A DNA stretch of 41,225 bases from a virus. A program made the translations under genes and the position numbers. Shown here in pieces: positions 24,338 to 32,409 of this stretch (the first letter of the stretch is position 1; each line of letters begins with the position of its first letter). The notes beneath the pieces were generated by a model. That model searched no databases and was not told the DNA's origin. It saw only the letters and a list, made by a program, of their open reading frames with translations. Location of the stretch: the IMG/VR virus record IMGVR_UViG_3300048838_000134, positions 1 to 41,225 of that record. The stretch is one strand, 5' to 3'.

Positions 24338-24759
24338 TTTTCGTTTTGGTTAGTTATTTCTGATTCAAGTTTATTTAACTGAGCGTCAAAGTACTCAGAA
24401 ATGATTGCAGTGGCCTGTGAGGGAATTTTGCTCAACGATGTGTCCGAAGCGGCCCATTCAAGCGTTTTGCCTCCGACAAGAATAAACACAGCCTCCTTTC
24501 TACTTGGGGTGAGAGTCGCTAATAGCACAGCCAATGCCGAAAACGGAATAATCCACCGATACTGCCTCCTGATAGCATTACGAGTCTTTTTCTTTTCCCG
24601 TCGTTTTTCTTCGTCCGTGAAAACGTCAAAATCCCCGTCTATGGCCATGCCTATAAACGTGAGTAAGATGAAGGCGAAGCCCAAAATCCCAATAGTCATA
24701 AATAGTGCTTGAAATGCGTCAAGCCTTGTCAGTAAGTAAAGTCCGAAATACGAGTTCAT
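24334..24759 (-). CDS. Integral membrane protein
   Basis: 141 aa with hydrophobic helices (LFMTIGILGFAFILLTFIGMAI and WIIPFSALAVLLATL) and a basic loop EEKRREKKKTR. Confidence 0.5.
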   Translation of the reverse strand: MNSYFGLYLLTRLDAFQALFMTIGILGFAFILLTFIGMAIDGDFDVFTDEEKRREKKKTRNAIRRQYRWIIPFSALAVLLATLTPSRKEAVFILVGGKTLEWAASDTSLSKIPSQATAIISEYFDAQLNKLESEITNQNEK

Positions 24760-24764
24760 GTCTT

Positions 24765-24968
24765 TTAATTCTTAGTGTTTTGTTTTATGTGTTCTTTTTC
24801 AATAACAAGTGTTACCACCAGCCCGCAGAACGAGATGATGAAAGTGAGAAACCCGGCAAGGGCGAATCCCGTCAGGCATAGCATCCATCCGAATAGCATC
24901 AGCAGCCCTCCGCAGATAGCAGCGGCCAATAAGATGCTGTAAGTGATATTGTAGAGTTTGTGGTTCAT
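24765..24968 (-). CDS. Small two-TM membrane protein
   Basis: 67 aa, almost entirely two hydrophobic helices. Confidence 0.5.
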   Translation of the reverse strand: MNHKLYNITYSILLAAAICGGLLMLFGWMLCLTGFALAGFLTFIISFCGLVVTLVIEKEHIKQNTKN

Positions 24969-25330
24969 GGCTTCAGTAATTCAGAGTTCTCATAGATGTT
25001 GCCGATGACCTCAATATGTGACACATACGAATCATCAAACTCTTGTGGATAGTCTTCAAAATCATATTTTATCATGAAGGCCGGGGCTTCGTAAATAACC
25101 ACACCCATGCATCCGTTATCATTTATTTTATCTCCCTCGTATATCTCCTTGCCGTTCTTGTCCTTAAGGCCGGTGGACTGACGGACGCCGGTAATATGCT
25201 CTGAATCGGGGGAAAAGTTTTCACCTATAAACCGCTCAATCCCCCATGATCCGTCTTCGTAAAAGGACATCTCGGCTACCTGATACATCTTTCCACGGTA
25301 GAACGCCTGATATTTAATTTCTCTTTTCAT
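24965..25330 (-). CDS. YopX-family protein
   Basis: IKYQAFYRGKMYQV..., GLKDKNGKEIYEGD and IEVIGNIYENSELL are hallmark YopX motifs. Confidence 0.75.
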   Translation of the reverse strand: MKREIKYQAFYRGKMYQVAEMSFYEDGSWGIERFIGENFSPDSEHITGVRQSTGLKDKNGKEIYEGDKINDNGCMGVVIYEAPAFMIKYDFEDYPQEFDDSYVSHIEVIGNIYENSELLKP

Positions 25331-25818
25331 CTCTTTACCCTTATCAGAAAGTAATCCCTGTACGTGTCAATGGTAATGCTGGCAAGCAGCTCCCCGGTAG
25401 CGGGGTCAATCTCTTCAAGCTTGCGGCGGGGAACCTTTATCCCTTTCTCCATGTTGTAAGTCTCTCTCACCCGTTCGGCGATTTCATCCCTTTTCTTGCG
25501 TTCTGCGACAAACTTCGCCGCGGCGGGTGTCAGAGTAGTCTCGGCGGTCACTTCGTCCGTCTGCGGGGCAGGAATGAAGTCTGCGGGCGGTTTTGGCTTG
25601 TAGGCTCTCAGGGGCAAGCCGCTTATCATCCAGTTGCGGATCTTTGTCCATCCCGGCTGTGTCACCTTTTCCTGGTGCCGCTTCAGGTTACTCATGTCAA
25701 CAGGAGAGATACCCAGGATCTCGGCCACCTCTTTGTTCATCAGCCCCTCCCGTTTCATTGCGGCAAACAGGTCATCACCTATGCGATCCTGCGTCAGTTC
25801 ATTGATTTCTTTTGTCAT
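25327..25818 (-). CDS. HTH DNA-binding protein (XRE-like)
   Basis: REGLMNKEVAEILGISPVDMSNLKR is an HTH pattern near the N-terminus. Confidence 0.5.
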   Translation of the reverse strand: MTKEINELTQDRIGDDLFAAMKREGLMNKEVAEILGISPVDMSNLKRHQEKVTQPGWTKIRNWMISGLPLRAYKPKPPADFIPAPQTDEVTAETTLTPAAAKFVAERKKRDEIAERVRETYNMEKGIKVPRRKLEEIDPATGELLASITIDTYRDYFLIRVKR

Positions 25819-25836
25819 TGTGTATCAGTTTTTAAG

Positions 25837-26163
25837 TTATGCTGAAATCTTTTCCCAGTAATAGCGGCCCCGGTGTGTTAAGGCTCCTCTGTCAATAGCC
25901 CGCTGAAGGGTGTCGTACAGATAGCCCGTAGCCAGTGCCGCATCTTTGATTGAAGGATAGGTTTGAAGCTCATTGCCTTCTCGGTCAAGCTGACGGACAG
26001 CCTTCAGATTGCGTGTGCCTAATTCCCTGCCCTTCTCCTCTGCCCCCGCTTGCCACAACAAAGGGAACAGCGCCTCGAGCTGCTGAAGCTGGCTGTCGGT
26101 GTAACTGCCACTCCGCACTTCTTTCATTGCGGCTTCGACTGCTCTGTCACGGGTCATTCCCAT
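25837..26163 (-). CDS. DNA-binding protein with NUMOD1/IENR1-like C-terminal HTH
   Basis: VRQLDREGNELQTYPSIKDAALATGYLYDTLQRAIDRG...YYW resembles the NUMOD1 modules found in homing-endonuclease-associated proteins. Confidence 0.45.
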   Translation of the reverse strand: MGMTRDRAVEAAMKEVRSGSYTDSQLQQLEALFPLLWQAGAEEKGRELGTRNLKAVRQLDREGNELQTYPSIKDAALATGYLYDTLQRAIDRGALTHRGRYYWEKISA

Positions 26164-26486
26164 CCTCCTTCCGAGTTGTTCGGTTTACTCATGCGGTTAC
26201 GAAACCACTCACAGGCAGTTTTAAATCCGATACGTTTATCGAGTTGCATGTGATTAAAGGCATCATCAATTTTGCTTAGTCCATCGTTTTTATAAACTGT
26301 TGGATAAACGTGTTCTGCTTCCGCAATGCACTCTTCCTCGCTCGGCATCTTAGCCTTGAACTCGGAAAGATCAACACCGGTAGTTGTGCTTGTTATTGTG
26401 GGTGATGGACAATTACATTCAGACACAAATGGACTATGTACTTTCCCACATCTCGGACATACCCATCCTTTTAATTCTGCTTTCAT
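26154..26486 (-). CDS. Zinc-ribbon protein
   Basis: WVCPRCGKVHSPFVSECNC is a CxxC...CxC motif at the N-terminus. Confidence 0.45.
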   Translation of the reverse strand: MKAELKGWVCPRCGKVHSPFVSECNCPSPTITSTTTGVDLSEFKAKMPSEEECIAEAEHVYPTVYKNDGLSKIDDAFNHMQLDKRIGFKTACEWFRNRMSKPNNSEGGWE

Positions 26487-27118
26487 TTGCTTATGTTTTG
26501 TTTCCAGTATTCAAAAAGTAAGTCTAATCCTACAAAGTGTACGTTTAGGTCTGTTCTAAAATAAGTGTTACCGTATGGGTAATATTCAGTATTTAGCGAT
26601 ATCCACTCCACAAACTCCCTATCAAAGAACTGACGCTTATTAAAATTGAGATGAGCAAAGTCCTTATGATATTTTATTGCTGCCTCGTCTCTAACATAGG
26701 CGGCTTCTTCAGGAGTGTCATATGTACCTAACCTAATCCTCTTTTTATCCACATTAATAGTTGCAAAATACCTTCCATTTCTATGTTTATATACTCCCTT
26801 AAATCCAGTCTTTGAGGCATTAAATCTATTCATCTGATTTTGCCCTCTCGTACATATACGCAAGTTATTTCTCTGATTGTTTAAGCCATTATGATCTATA
26901 TGGTCAACAAGTTCATTGGGATAGGGATTTAATATAATTCTATGCATAGTCATTGATCTCCACTCCCCTGATGACAATTGGGCATTGCAGATAGCATAAA
27001 TATACTGCTTATCCCCACGTTTTTTAACTTTAGCAAACCATTTACGTTGATTAAGAAGCTCAAAATCTTCATCATCGACTAAAGCAACAAATCCCTTTGT
27101 TAAATTAATTGTTTTCAT
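26483..27118 (-). CDS. Free-standing HNH homing endonuclease with AP2 DNA-binding domain (copy A)
   Basis: Start moved to MKTINLTKGF. HRIIL...VDHIDHNGLNNQRNNLRICTRGQNQMN is an HNH_3 motif. FKGVYKHRNGRYFATI..KKRIRLGTYDTPEEAAYVRDEAAIKYH is an AP2 motif. Confidence 0.8.
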   Translation of the reverse strand: MKTINLTKGFVALVDDEDFELLNQRKWFAKVKKRGDKQYIYAICNAQLSSGEWRSMTMHRIILNPYPNELVDHIDHNGLNNQRNNLRICTRGQNQMNRFNASKTGFKGVYKHRNGRYFATINVDKKRIRLGTYDTPEEAAYVRDEAAIKYHKDFAHLNFNKRQFFDREFVEWISLNTEYYPYGNTYFRTDLNVHFVGLDLLFEYWKQNISK

Positions 27119-27208
27119 TTTACCCGTATTAATTATCCCGTTCAAAAGAATCGGAAGGGAGAACGGGTTTCCCTTATCAGCCGGACATGACCCCGACCTA
27201 TCCGATTC

Positions 27209-27216
27209 CAAAGATA
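27209..27216 (-). promoter_or_regulatory. -7 box TATCTTTG upstream of HNH-AP2 copy A
   Basis: Fits TAnnTTTG on the minus strand, about 90 nt upstream of the ATG at 27118. No clear -33 element. Confidence 0.3.
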
Positions 27217-27266
27217 AACAATATTTTTGAATTAGCACCATTCTCCCTTTGTTATTTTCAGGTCTT

Positions 27267-27497
27267 TCATCTTATATTATCTAATTTAATTTGCATCTTC
27301 CGAAGAAGTTCAGATGGTGTTATGAAATAATATCTGAGTGTAAATAAAACTTTCTTCCCATCAAGGGAAAAGGCGTGAGCCTTAATCCCTTTACCTTCTC
27401 TGCTTTTAATCAGAATACAATGACCCTTGTATTCATATTCGGATGTGTTCCAAACACCATCTATGTGCTTCTGCGTTGTTATTTTCAGATCTTTCAT
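27267..27497 (-). CDS. Hypothetical protein (76 aa)
   Basis: ORF with ATGA coupling to the upstream gene. Confidence 0.4.
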   Translation of the reverse strand: MKDLKITTQKHIDGVWNTSEYEYKGHCILIKSREGKGIKAHAFSLDGKKVLFTLRYYFITPSELLRKMQIKLDNIR

Positions 27498-27691
27498 CTT
27501 CTGCTCTCAAAGGTTATAAGCACACACTCAATGGGTTCACCGGAAGTGATTGCTGTGTCAACATCAATACTCTTTATCTCTGGCATCCCTACCTCGCCGT
27601 CACCGTCGCCATCATAATCAAGATCGCATAGCACAACCGGCATTTCTTCCGGTAATTCTTTCAGCTTTTCAATAAGTTCTTTTACTTTCAT
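27494..27691 (-). CDS. Hypothetical acidic protein (65 aa)
   Basis: ORF in operon context. Contains the Asp/Gly-rich tract DLDYDGDGDGE. Confidence 0.4.
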   Translation of the reverse strand: MKVKELIEKLKELPEEMPVVLCDLDYDGDGDGEVGMPEIKSIDVDTAITSGEPIECVLITFESRR

Positions 27692-27699
27692 CGCTTTGG

Positions 27700-27978
27700 T
27701 TATTGGCTATTATTCAGAAATCTATCCACATCATTTTCGCTTGTTGTGCCAAAAACATAGTCACGCAAACATGGGTTTATTATGGAGTTGTCGTACCTTA
27801 ACAGTAATGAGCGGAGGTCGGCACGGAGTTCCTCAGTACAGTCCTCCATCTTCCAGCCTTCTTCGGCATAAGGCCAGCCCCACTTCTCGACTAACTGTTC
27901 CACCGTCATCTCCGGCTTGACCACCTCCTTGACCACCTCCTTGACCACTGGCTTCTCTTTTTTTGTTTCGTTGCTCAT
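27700..27978 (-). CDS. Hypothetical protein with VVKE tandem repeat
   Basis: 92 aa. A 12-bp DNA tandem repeat at 27916..27948 encodes VVKEVVKEVVK. Confidence 0.4.
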   Translation of the reverse strand: MSNETKKEKPVVKEVVKEVVKPEMTVEQLVEKWGWPYAEEGWKMEDCTEELRADLRSLLLRYDNSIINPCLRDYVFGTTSENDVDRFLNNSQ

Positions 27979-27982
27979 AGCT

Positions 27983-28276
27983 TTATCTTTTGATGTTTGT
28001 ACTCATACTCCACTTGGGAATCTGCCCCCCTTCCCGATTGGTTGCTTTTCTAAATTCAGGATCGTCAAACAACATAACCAGCACATCCATCAACACGGCC
28101 AATGTTTCAAAGCTGTACGATACCTGCGATTCAAGAATGTGCCTTGTCTTTTTGTCAAGCAGTCGCTTAGTGTAGATGACTGCTGCATGGCCTTCGTCTG
28201 TCTTAAAAATTAAAACCTCTATCCGGCGATTCTCACGCCTGACTGCTGCAAACTTTATTGGAGTTTTGTCTGCCAT
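27983..28276 (-). CDS. Hypothetical protein (97 aa)
   Basis: Start moved to MADKTPIKF at 28276, 2 nt after the stop of the upstream small ORF. Confidence 0.4.
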   Translation of the reverse strand: MADKTPIKFAAVRRENRRIEVLIFKTDEGHAAVIYTKRLLDKKTRHILESQVSYSFETLAVLMDVLVMLFDDPEFRKATNREGGQIPKWSMSTNIKR

Positions 28277-28278
28277 AG

Positions 28279-28452
28279 CTACACGTTTAAGAGTTTCATC
28301 ACAAGGGCAAACAACCCCAGGTATCCGGCAATAGTGCCGCCAATAAACAGGCAAGCGTAGAATGCGCCCAGCCAAAGTCTCTTTCTCGGAAACGCCTCTC
28401 GCTGCTTCTCGCTGTAGAGCGTTCTGATTTCGGTTTCAGTTAAGGTGGTCAT
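28279..28452 (-). CDS. Small membrane protein (57 aa; below the ORF-track cutoff)
   Basis: Hand-translated as MTTLTETEIRTLYSEKQREAFPRKRLWLGAFYACLFIGGTIAGYLGLFALVMKLLNV. Its ATG forms an ATGA overlap with the stop of 28449..28760. Confidence 0.4.
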   Translation of the reverse strand: MTTLTETEIRTLYSEKQREAFPRKRLWLGAFYACLFIGGTIAGYLGLFALVMKLLNV

Positions 28453-28760
28453 AGTGTTATGCTGATTTTGTTGTACTTATCTTTCAATTCCCTCACGCTG
28501 TCAACGGCTTTAATCCCGTCGTAAACAACCGAGTGGGACCTGTTTACCGTGCGGCCTATCATTGAAATATTAAAAGGTTTCAGATCATTTGCCAGCTTGA
28601 AGAATATCATCCTTGCCTCGGCAAACTCCCGCTTGTGGCTCTTTGATTTTGCAGCCTCAACCGGAACATTCATCTCGCCGCAAACCTTTTCAAGCATGGT
28701 TTCATACACGCCTTCGTAGGCATAGGCAATGAGGGTTTTATATTTCGGGGCAAGGATCAT
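28449..28760 (-). CDS. DnaA domain-IV-like HTH protein
   Basis: KREFAEARMIFFKLANDLKPFNISMIGRTVNRSHSVVYDGIKAV parallels the Bac_DnaA_C pattern (R..A.YL...T..S...IG...RDHSTV.H...K.). Confidence 0.5.
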   Translation of the reverse strand: MILAPKYKTLIAYAYEGVYETMLEKVCGEMNVPVEAAKSKSHKREFAEARMIFFKLANDLKPFNISMIGRTVNRSHSVVYDGIKAVDSVRELKDKYNKISITL

Positions 28761-28766
28761 TTCGTG

Positions 28767-29441
28767 TTATGAGTTTCTTCTAAAGTCCTTGCCCTTCATT
28801 ACAATGAAGTTGAACATGGCATACATCCGGCTCACGATCCTGTCGCCGTATTTACCAGTCAGGCTTTCAATTTTAAAGTTCGTCGTGCCAAGTGTCATCA
28901 GCCTCCTGGTATATCTCTCGGCAAGAATATAGCCCACCACGTCACAGTCATTGCCGTAATGTTTCACCTGATTACTCTCTGCACCAATGTCGTCAAGGCA
29001 GATAGCGTAACGGTGTTTATACATTTCAATGCCGTCATAACCGTCATCCATAAAGGCGCTGACAAGCAGGCTGACGTCAATAATGTTATAATTCATCCTG
29101 ACGGGCCGGTTATTGAGGATGTAAGCGATGTTGTCAATGGTTTGGTAAACCCTCATTACCTGCATGGCAACCGTTTTTCCGGTTCCAGTGGGACCCATAA
29201 GTAAAATACCCTTATTGATATCTCCGCTAAATTCAGTGTCTCCGTGAAACCACCGGATAAGTTCAATATAGACCGGGTAAACCTCTGGTGTCATCTGAAA
29301 TGACGGGTCCATGCCTCTCCCTATCCTTGCCACCACATCCAAGGCGATATCCATTTTGTAAGGAGCATAGGCAACTCGCCGGTTACCATTGGTTGTTAGG
29401 GTGCAAAGTTGTTTCTCGATAATTTTGTTTACCTGTTCCAT
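28767..29441 (-). CDS. DnaC/IstB-like AAA+ helicase loader
   Basis: Walker A LLMGPTGTGKTVAM and Walker B-like AICLDDIG. The size and position after the replisome organizer fit. The true start may be an internal Met, because the ORF overlaps the upstream gene by 59 nt. Confidence 0.65.
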   Translation of the reverse strand: MEQVNKIIEKQLCTLTTNGNRRVAYAPYKMDIALDVVARIGRGMDPSFQMTPEVYPVYIELIRWFHGDTEFSGDINKGILLMGPTGTGKTVAMQVMRVYQTIDNIAYILNNRPVRMNYNIIDVSLLVSAFMDDGYDGIEMYKHRYAICLDDIGAESNQVKHYGNDCDVVGYILAERYTRRLMTLGTTNFKIESLTGKYGDRIVSRMYAMFNFIVMKGKDFRRNS

Positions 29442-30096
29442 CTGGTTTTATAATTTCATTGTTCCACGACTTATTATTTAGATAAGTTTCAGGATCGCGC
29501 CGGAATTTTTTGTCAGGTGTTGCCTTTATATAATCAGGAAGCTTCTGAATACAATCTATACGCTCCTTATCTGTCAGCCTCTCCCATTTTGGCTCACATT
29601 TTACCCTGTCAACTTTCTTGTCGTACATATCCCAAAAAGCACTAAAGGGTATATTTAAACTTTCGGGACTACCTCCCGCGCCCCCCTCTTTATCCTTGTC
29701 TTTATCCTTGTCTTTATCCTTAGCTCCCTGCAAGGAGCTTATAAGCCCCTTATTGATATTATATTTGTTTAATTCTAAAAGCACGGAATTATGTACTCTA
29801 TTGCGGCCATCCAAAACTCCATATTGAAACTCTATAAAAGGAATTATAAACCATTTTTTGCCGTCATCAATTTCAATTATTCTTTTTTCATCGGAGTTAA
29901 AATACCTTAGCGCATCAGCCTTATTAACTGGCATATCTTTGCCGATATATAATTGCGCTATCTCAAAATCCACAATCCAAATTCCAGCGTGGTCGCAATC
30001 ATGGTAGAGATAATCCCAAAGGAGTTTATAAGCCCCTTGCAAGCCCCTTATAAAGGGCTTTTTATATTTATTCGTATCAGTGAACCTCTTCGCCAT
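29383..30096 (-). CDS. Replisome organizer / replication initiation protein (DnaD-like, inferred) with (KD)n linker
   Basis: 237 aa. The N-terminal domain FIRGLQGAYKLLWDYLYHDCDHAGIW resembles phage replication-organizer N-domains. A low-complexity KDKDKDKDKDKDKE linker is present, and a DnaC-like gene follows. Confidence 0.45.
   Translation of the reverse strand: MAKRFTDTNKYKKPFIRGLQGAYKLLWDYLYHDCDHAGIWIVDFEIAQLYIGKDMPVNKADALRYFNSDEKRIIEIDDGKKWFIIPFIEFQYGVLDGRNRVHNSVLLELNKYNINKGLISSLQGAKDKDKDKDKDKEGGAGGSPESLNIPFSAFWDMYDKKVDRVKCEPKWERLTDKERIDCIQKLPDYIKATPDKKFRRDPETYLNNKSWNNEIIKPDGTGKQNYRETTLHPNNQW
29687..29722. repeat. 12-bp tandem repeat x3 (TCTTTATCCTTG) encoding the KD repeat
   Basis: Read directly: units at 29687..29698, 29699..29710 and 29711..29722 (the third matches 11/12). 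Confidence 0.85.
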
Positions 30097-30508
30097 TTGA
30101 GTTTGTGTTTAAAATATTTCTGATTACATCTGCCTCGCCTCTTGTGGGAGCGAAATAGCTGCCTCTTTTAACTATAATGACGGGCTGGTTGTCGCCGTAT
30201 CTATAACATGACAATGCGCTGCCTCCATCTCTGATACAACACACCCTTAATGCAGCCAGATCGACATTCTCTGCTGCCTTTTTAACTGTTTCTATAATGG
30301 AATGGCAGGTTTCGCAAACTGTTACTAATTGTGTATTATCGTATTCCCACGGCTCCCTGCCGTTTATGTATTCCTTATGATGAACATGTAGCACTTGCCG
30401 GCTATCGCCGCACAACTGACAGGTCCACTTATCCCTCTGCATTATTTCCAGTCGCTTCTTTTGCCATCTAGGATCTTTCAGCTTTTCTGCATAACTTAGT
30501 TTTGCCAT
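30077..30508 (-). CDS. HNH endonuclease (small, YajD/HNH_5-like)
   Basis: WQKKRLEIMQRDKWTCQLCGDSRQVLHVHHKEY......LVTVCETCHS contains the CxxC...HH...CxxCH HNH zinc-finger motif. Confidence 0.75.
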   Translation of the reverse strand: MAKLSYAEKLKDPRWQKKRLEIMQRDKWTCQLCGDSRQVLHVHHKEYINGREPWEYDNTQLVTVCETCHSIIETVKKAAENVDLAALRVCCIRDGGSALSCYRYGDNQPVIIVKRGSYFAPTRGEADVIRNILNTNSNGEEVH

Positions 30509-30624
30509 TAGCTTATAAGATTAAAGCCCTTTCAATGCGAAGGCTAACCCGTGACGCACGGCATCGCATTTACTCAGGCTTATATTTTCTTGGACTTGCG
30601 TCATTAAGGATGTTGTTAGCTGTA

Positions 30625-30656
30625 CAAATGTAAAACATCATTTTCAATTATGCAAG
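30625..30656 (-). promoter_or_regulatory. Candidate promoter (-33 cTTG, 20-nt spacer, -7 TACATTTG) upstream of the HNH/replication genes
   Basis: The minus strand has TACATTTG at 30625..30632 and CTTG at 30653..30656. A structured 5' leader follows, with a nested hairpin at 30534..30570. Confidence 0.4.
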
Positions 30657-30667
30657 CGTTGTAGTAT

Positions 30668-30880
30668 TTAATTTTGCTCTGCCTGCTCAATTTCTTTTCT
30701 CTGCTGAATCTTCAGCCGGTACTTTTCGAGTATGTCCTGCGCTTTCTTACTGCCAGGATCTTCTGCTATCGTGTCAAGCTCAATGAGCAGCATGATGTTC
30801 TTGACGCTTTGGTGTATGCACTCCCGGCGCATCTTCCGCAGCTTAGCGGATTGTTCGAGTAATCTGTATGCAGCCTTCAT
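30668..30880 (-). CDS. Hypothetical helical protein (70 aa)
   Basis: ORF whose start overlaps the stop of the upstream glycosyltransferase fragment by 4 nt. Confidence 0.4.
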   Translation of the reverse strand: MKAAYRLLEQSAKLRKMRRECIHQSVKNIMLLIELDTIAEDPGSKKAQDILEKYRLKIQQRKEIEQAEQN

Positions 30881-31660
30881 CCGAATACTTTAAATTTTCT
30901 GATAATGATCTTCCGTAGCACAGTCGAGTAGCTGGTGAAAAAGTAAAGCATCGTTTTCCAGTTCAGCGTTCCACGGGCAAAAAAGAACCGTGCCATTTTC
31001 GTCTCACCCATGACATAGTGATACCTCGCTCGTGAGGCAAACCACTTCTTCATTGTGCGGGTGTCACCGTCAACCTGCAATAGTCCCATGTAAAAGTCAC
31101 GGGCCCGGTAGGAGGGATCGAGACTGAGGTTCTTGCCGTTGACCCAGCGTCTGACACATGGTGCAACCTCCCGGCAGTCCCTTGTAGCCGTCACCTTCAG
31201 CAGCCAGTCGTAGTCAAGCTGTCCGAACTGCTCCTCAAACAGCGGTATGTTCTCATTGAGCAAAATGATGCTGCTCATGTACGGCCAGTTACGGGCCTTA
31301 CTCCTTGCAAGTAATACCTGGTGAATAGACAAGTTCTGCTCCATTGTATATTTCTTTAAGTTGTGTTTCAAGTTTGTTCGGCAACCACTCATCGTCGTGG
31401 TCGAGGAAGGCAATCACGTCTCCGGTAGCTACCTTGATGCCCCAGTTGCGTCCGTAGTTGGGACCGCCTCTTCCAGCTACCAGGTATAACTCCGCTGAGT
31501 ATTTTTTTGCCATAGCGAATAGAAAGTGGTGGTTTTTTGAATGGTCGTCGCACAGCAATATCTCTATCTCGCAGTCGGCTGTCTGATTACGGACAGATTG
31601 CAGCGCCCTCTCAAGGGTTCTCTCGCTGTTGTGTGTTGGGATGATTACTGATACTTTCAT
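30877..31660 (-). pseudogene. Family-2 glycosyltransferase split by a +1 frameshift (N-fragment 31298..31660, C-fragment 30877..~31340)
   Basis: The N-fragment VSVIIPTHNSERTLERALQSVRNQT...ILLCDDHS...GGPNYGRNWGIKVATGDVIAFLDHDDEW is a canonical GT2 (GT-A, DxD) domain. The continuation ...PYMSSIILLNE...QLDYDWLLKV... lies in the +1 frame and overlaps the first fragment. Confidence 0.65.
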
Positions 31661-31824
31661 TTCTTCATTTTTTCTTTAACCATTTCCGCAGCGTCGATTT
31701 TTGCCAGCTTACCCACTGCGATAAAGTAAGCCTTCGTGTCATGCCTTTTGATGGCTCTCTTTCTCTGCCATAAAAGGAGACGGTAAATTACTTTTAGCAG
31801 CCACCATACTTTTAGCTTCTTCAT
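31657..31824 (-). CDS. Small basic protein (55 aa; below the ORF-track cutoff)
   Basis: Hand-translated as MKKLKVWWLLKVIYRLLLWQRKRAIKRHDTKAYFIAVGKLAKIDAAEMVKEKMKK. Its stop forms an ATGA overlap with the GT2 start at 31660. Confidence 0.35.
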   Translation of the reverse strand: MKKLKVWWLLKVIYRLLLWQRKRAIKRHDTKAYFIAVGKLAKIDAAEMVKEKMKK

Positions 31825-31901
31825 CTCTCTAAAGTTTTTGCTCCCCGGCGGGTTCCGATGTTACCGCCTGCCACTTGTCTGTCCGGGAAAATTTGCGCAT
31901 T

Positions 31902-32237
31902 CTATTTGCTCACATCGGGAGTTGTACCTTGCGGAAATCTCTTGAATTTAATGACGGGAATTTGCTTCAATGCAGCCTGAACGCCCGCTTCGTCGTAGAG
32001 GATACGAGAGCCTACTCGCCTGCCGGTTATGATGCCGGAACGAGTATATTCTCCCAGCGTAGGCAGTGAAATGTTTAAGAGCTTACATACCTCTTTTCTT
32101 GTGAGATACTTTGGTGATGCTTGCATTTCTTTTAACAAAGACGTTAGCTCTTCACGCACAACGCTTCTTATAATATCCTGAATGAATGGAGTAGGATCAT
32201 CAAGGGATATTTTTGCTTTGATTGTTATTTTTTCCAT
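31902..32237 (-). CDS. Excisionase-family HTH (HTH_17) DNA-binding protein
   Basis: Start moved to MEKITIKAK. YLTRKEVCKLLNISLPTLGEYTRSGIITGRRVGSRILYDEAGV is the typical Bacteroidota excisionase-type HTH. Confidence 0.6.
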   Translation of the reverse strand: MEKITIKAKISLDDPTPFIQDIIRSVVREELTSLLKEMQASPKYLTRKEVCKLLNISLPTLGEYTRSGIITGRRVGSRILYDEAGVQAALKQIPVIKFKRFPQGTTPDVSK

Positions 32238-32409
32238 TATTGCAGTTTTATTGTTTCTTTCTTCAAAGGTCGCAGCCTCCTCTCCGGCAGGCCACATTTT
32301 AAACACATCCTATAACCCTCCTTTAAGATGTAGTTGTCACCCCTTCTTACCTTGTCATCACAGACAAAGCACCGGAAGGGGAAGGGGGCGGAGAGGATAA
32401 GGTCAGAAC

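Noticed and set aside
31902-32237. Lysogeny module (integrase/excisionase/repressor), suggested by the two excisionase-type HTH proteins (31902..32237 and 13463..13708)
   Set aside because: No tyrosine or serine recombinase, transposase or att-like repeat was recognised anywhere in the closed genome. HTH_17-type proteins are common general regulators in Bacteroidota. Lifestyle therefore remains undetermined and leans towards virulent or non-integrative.
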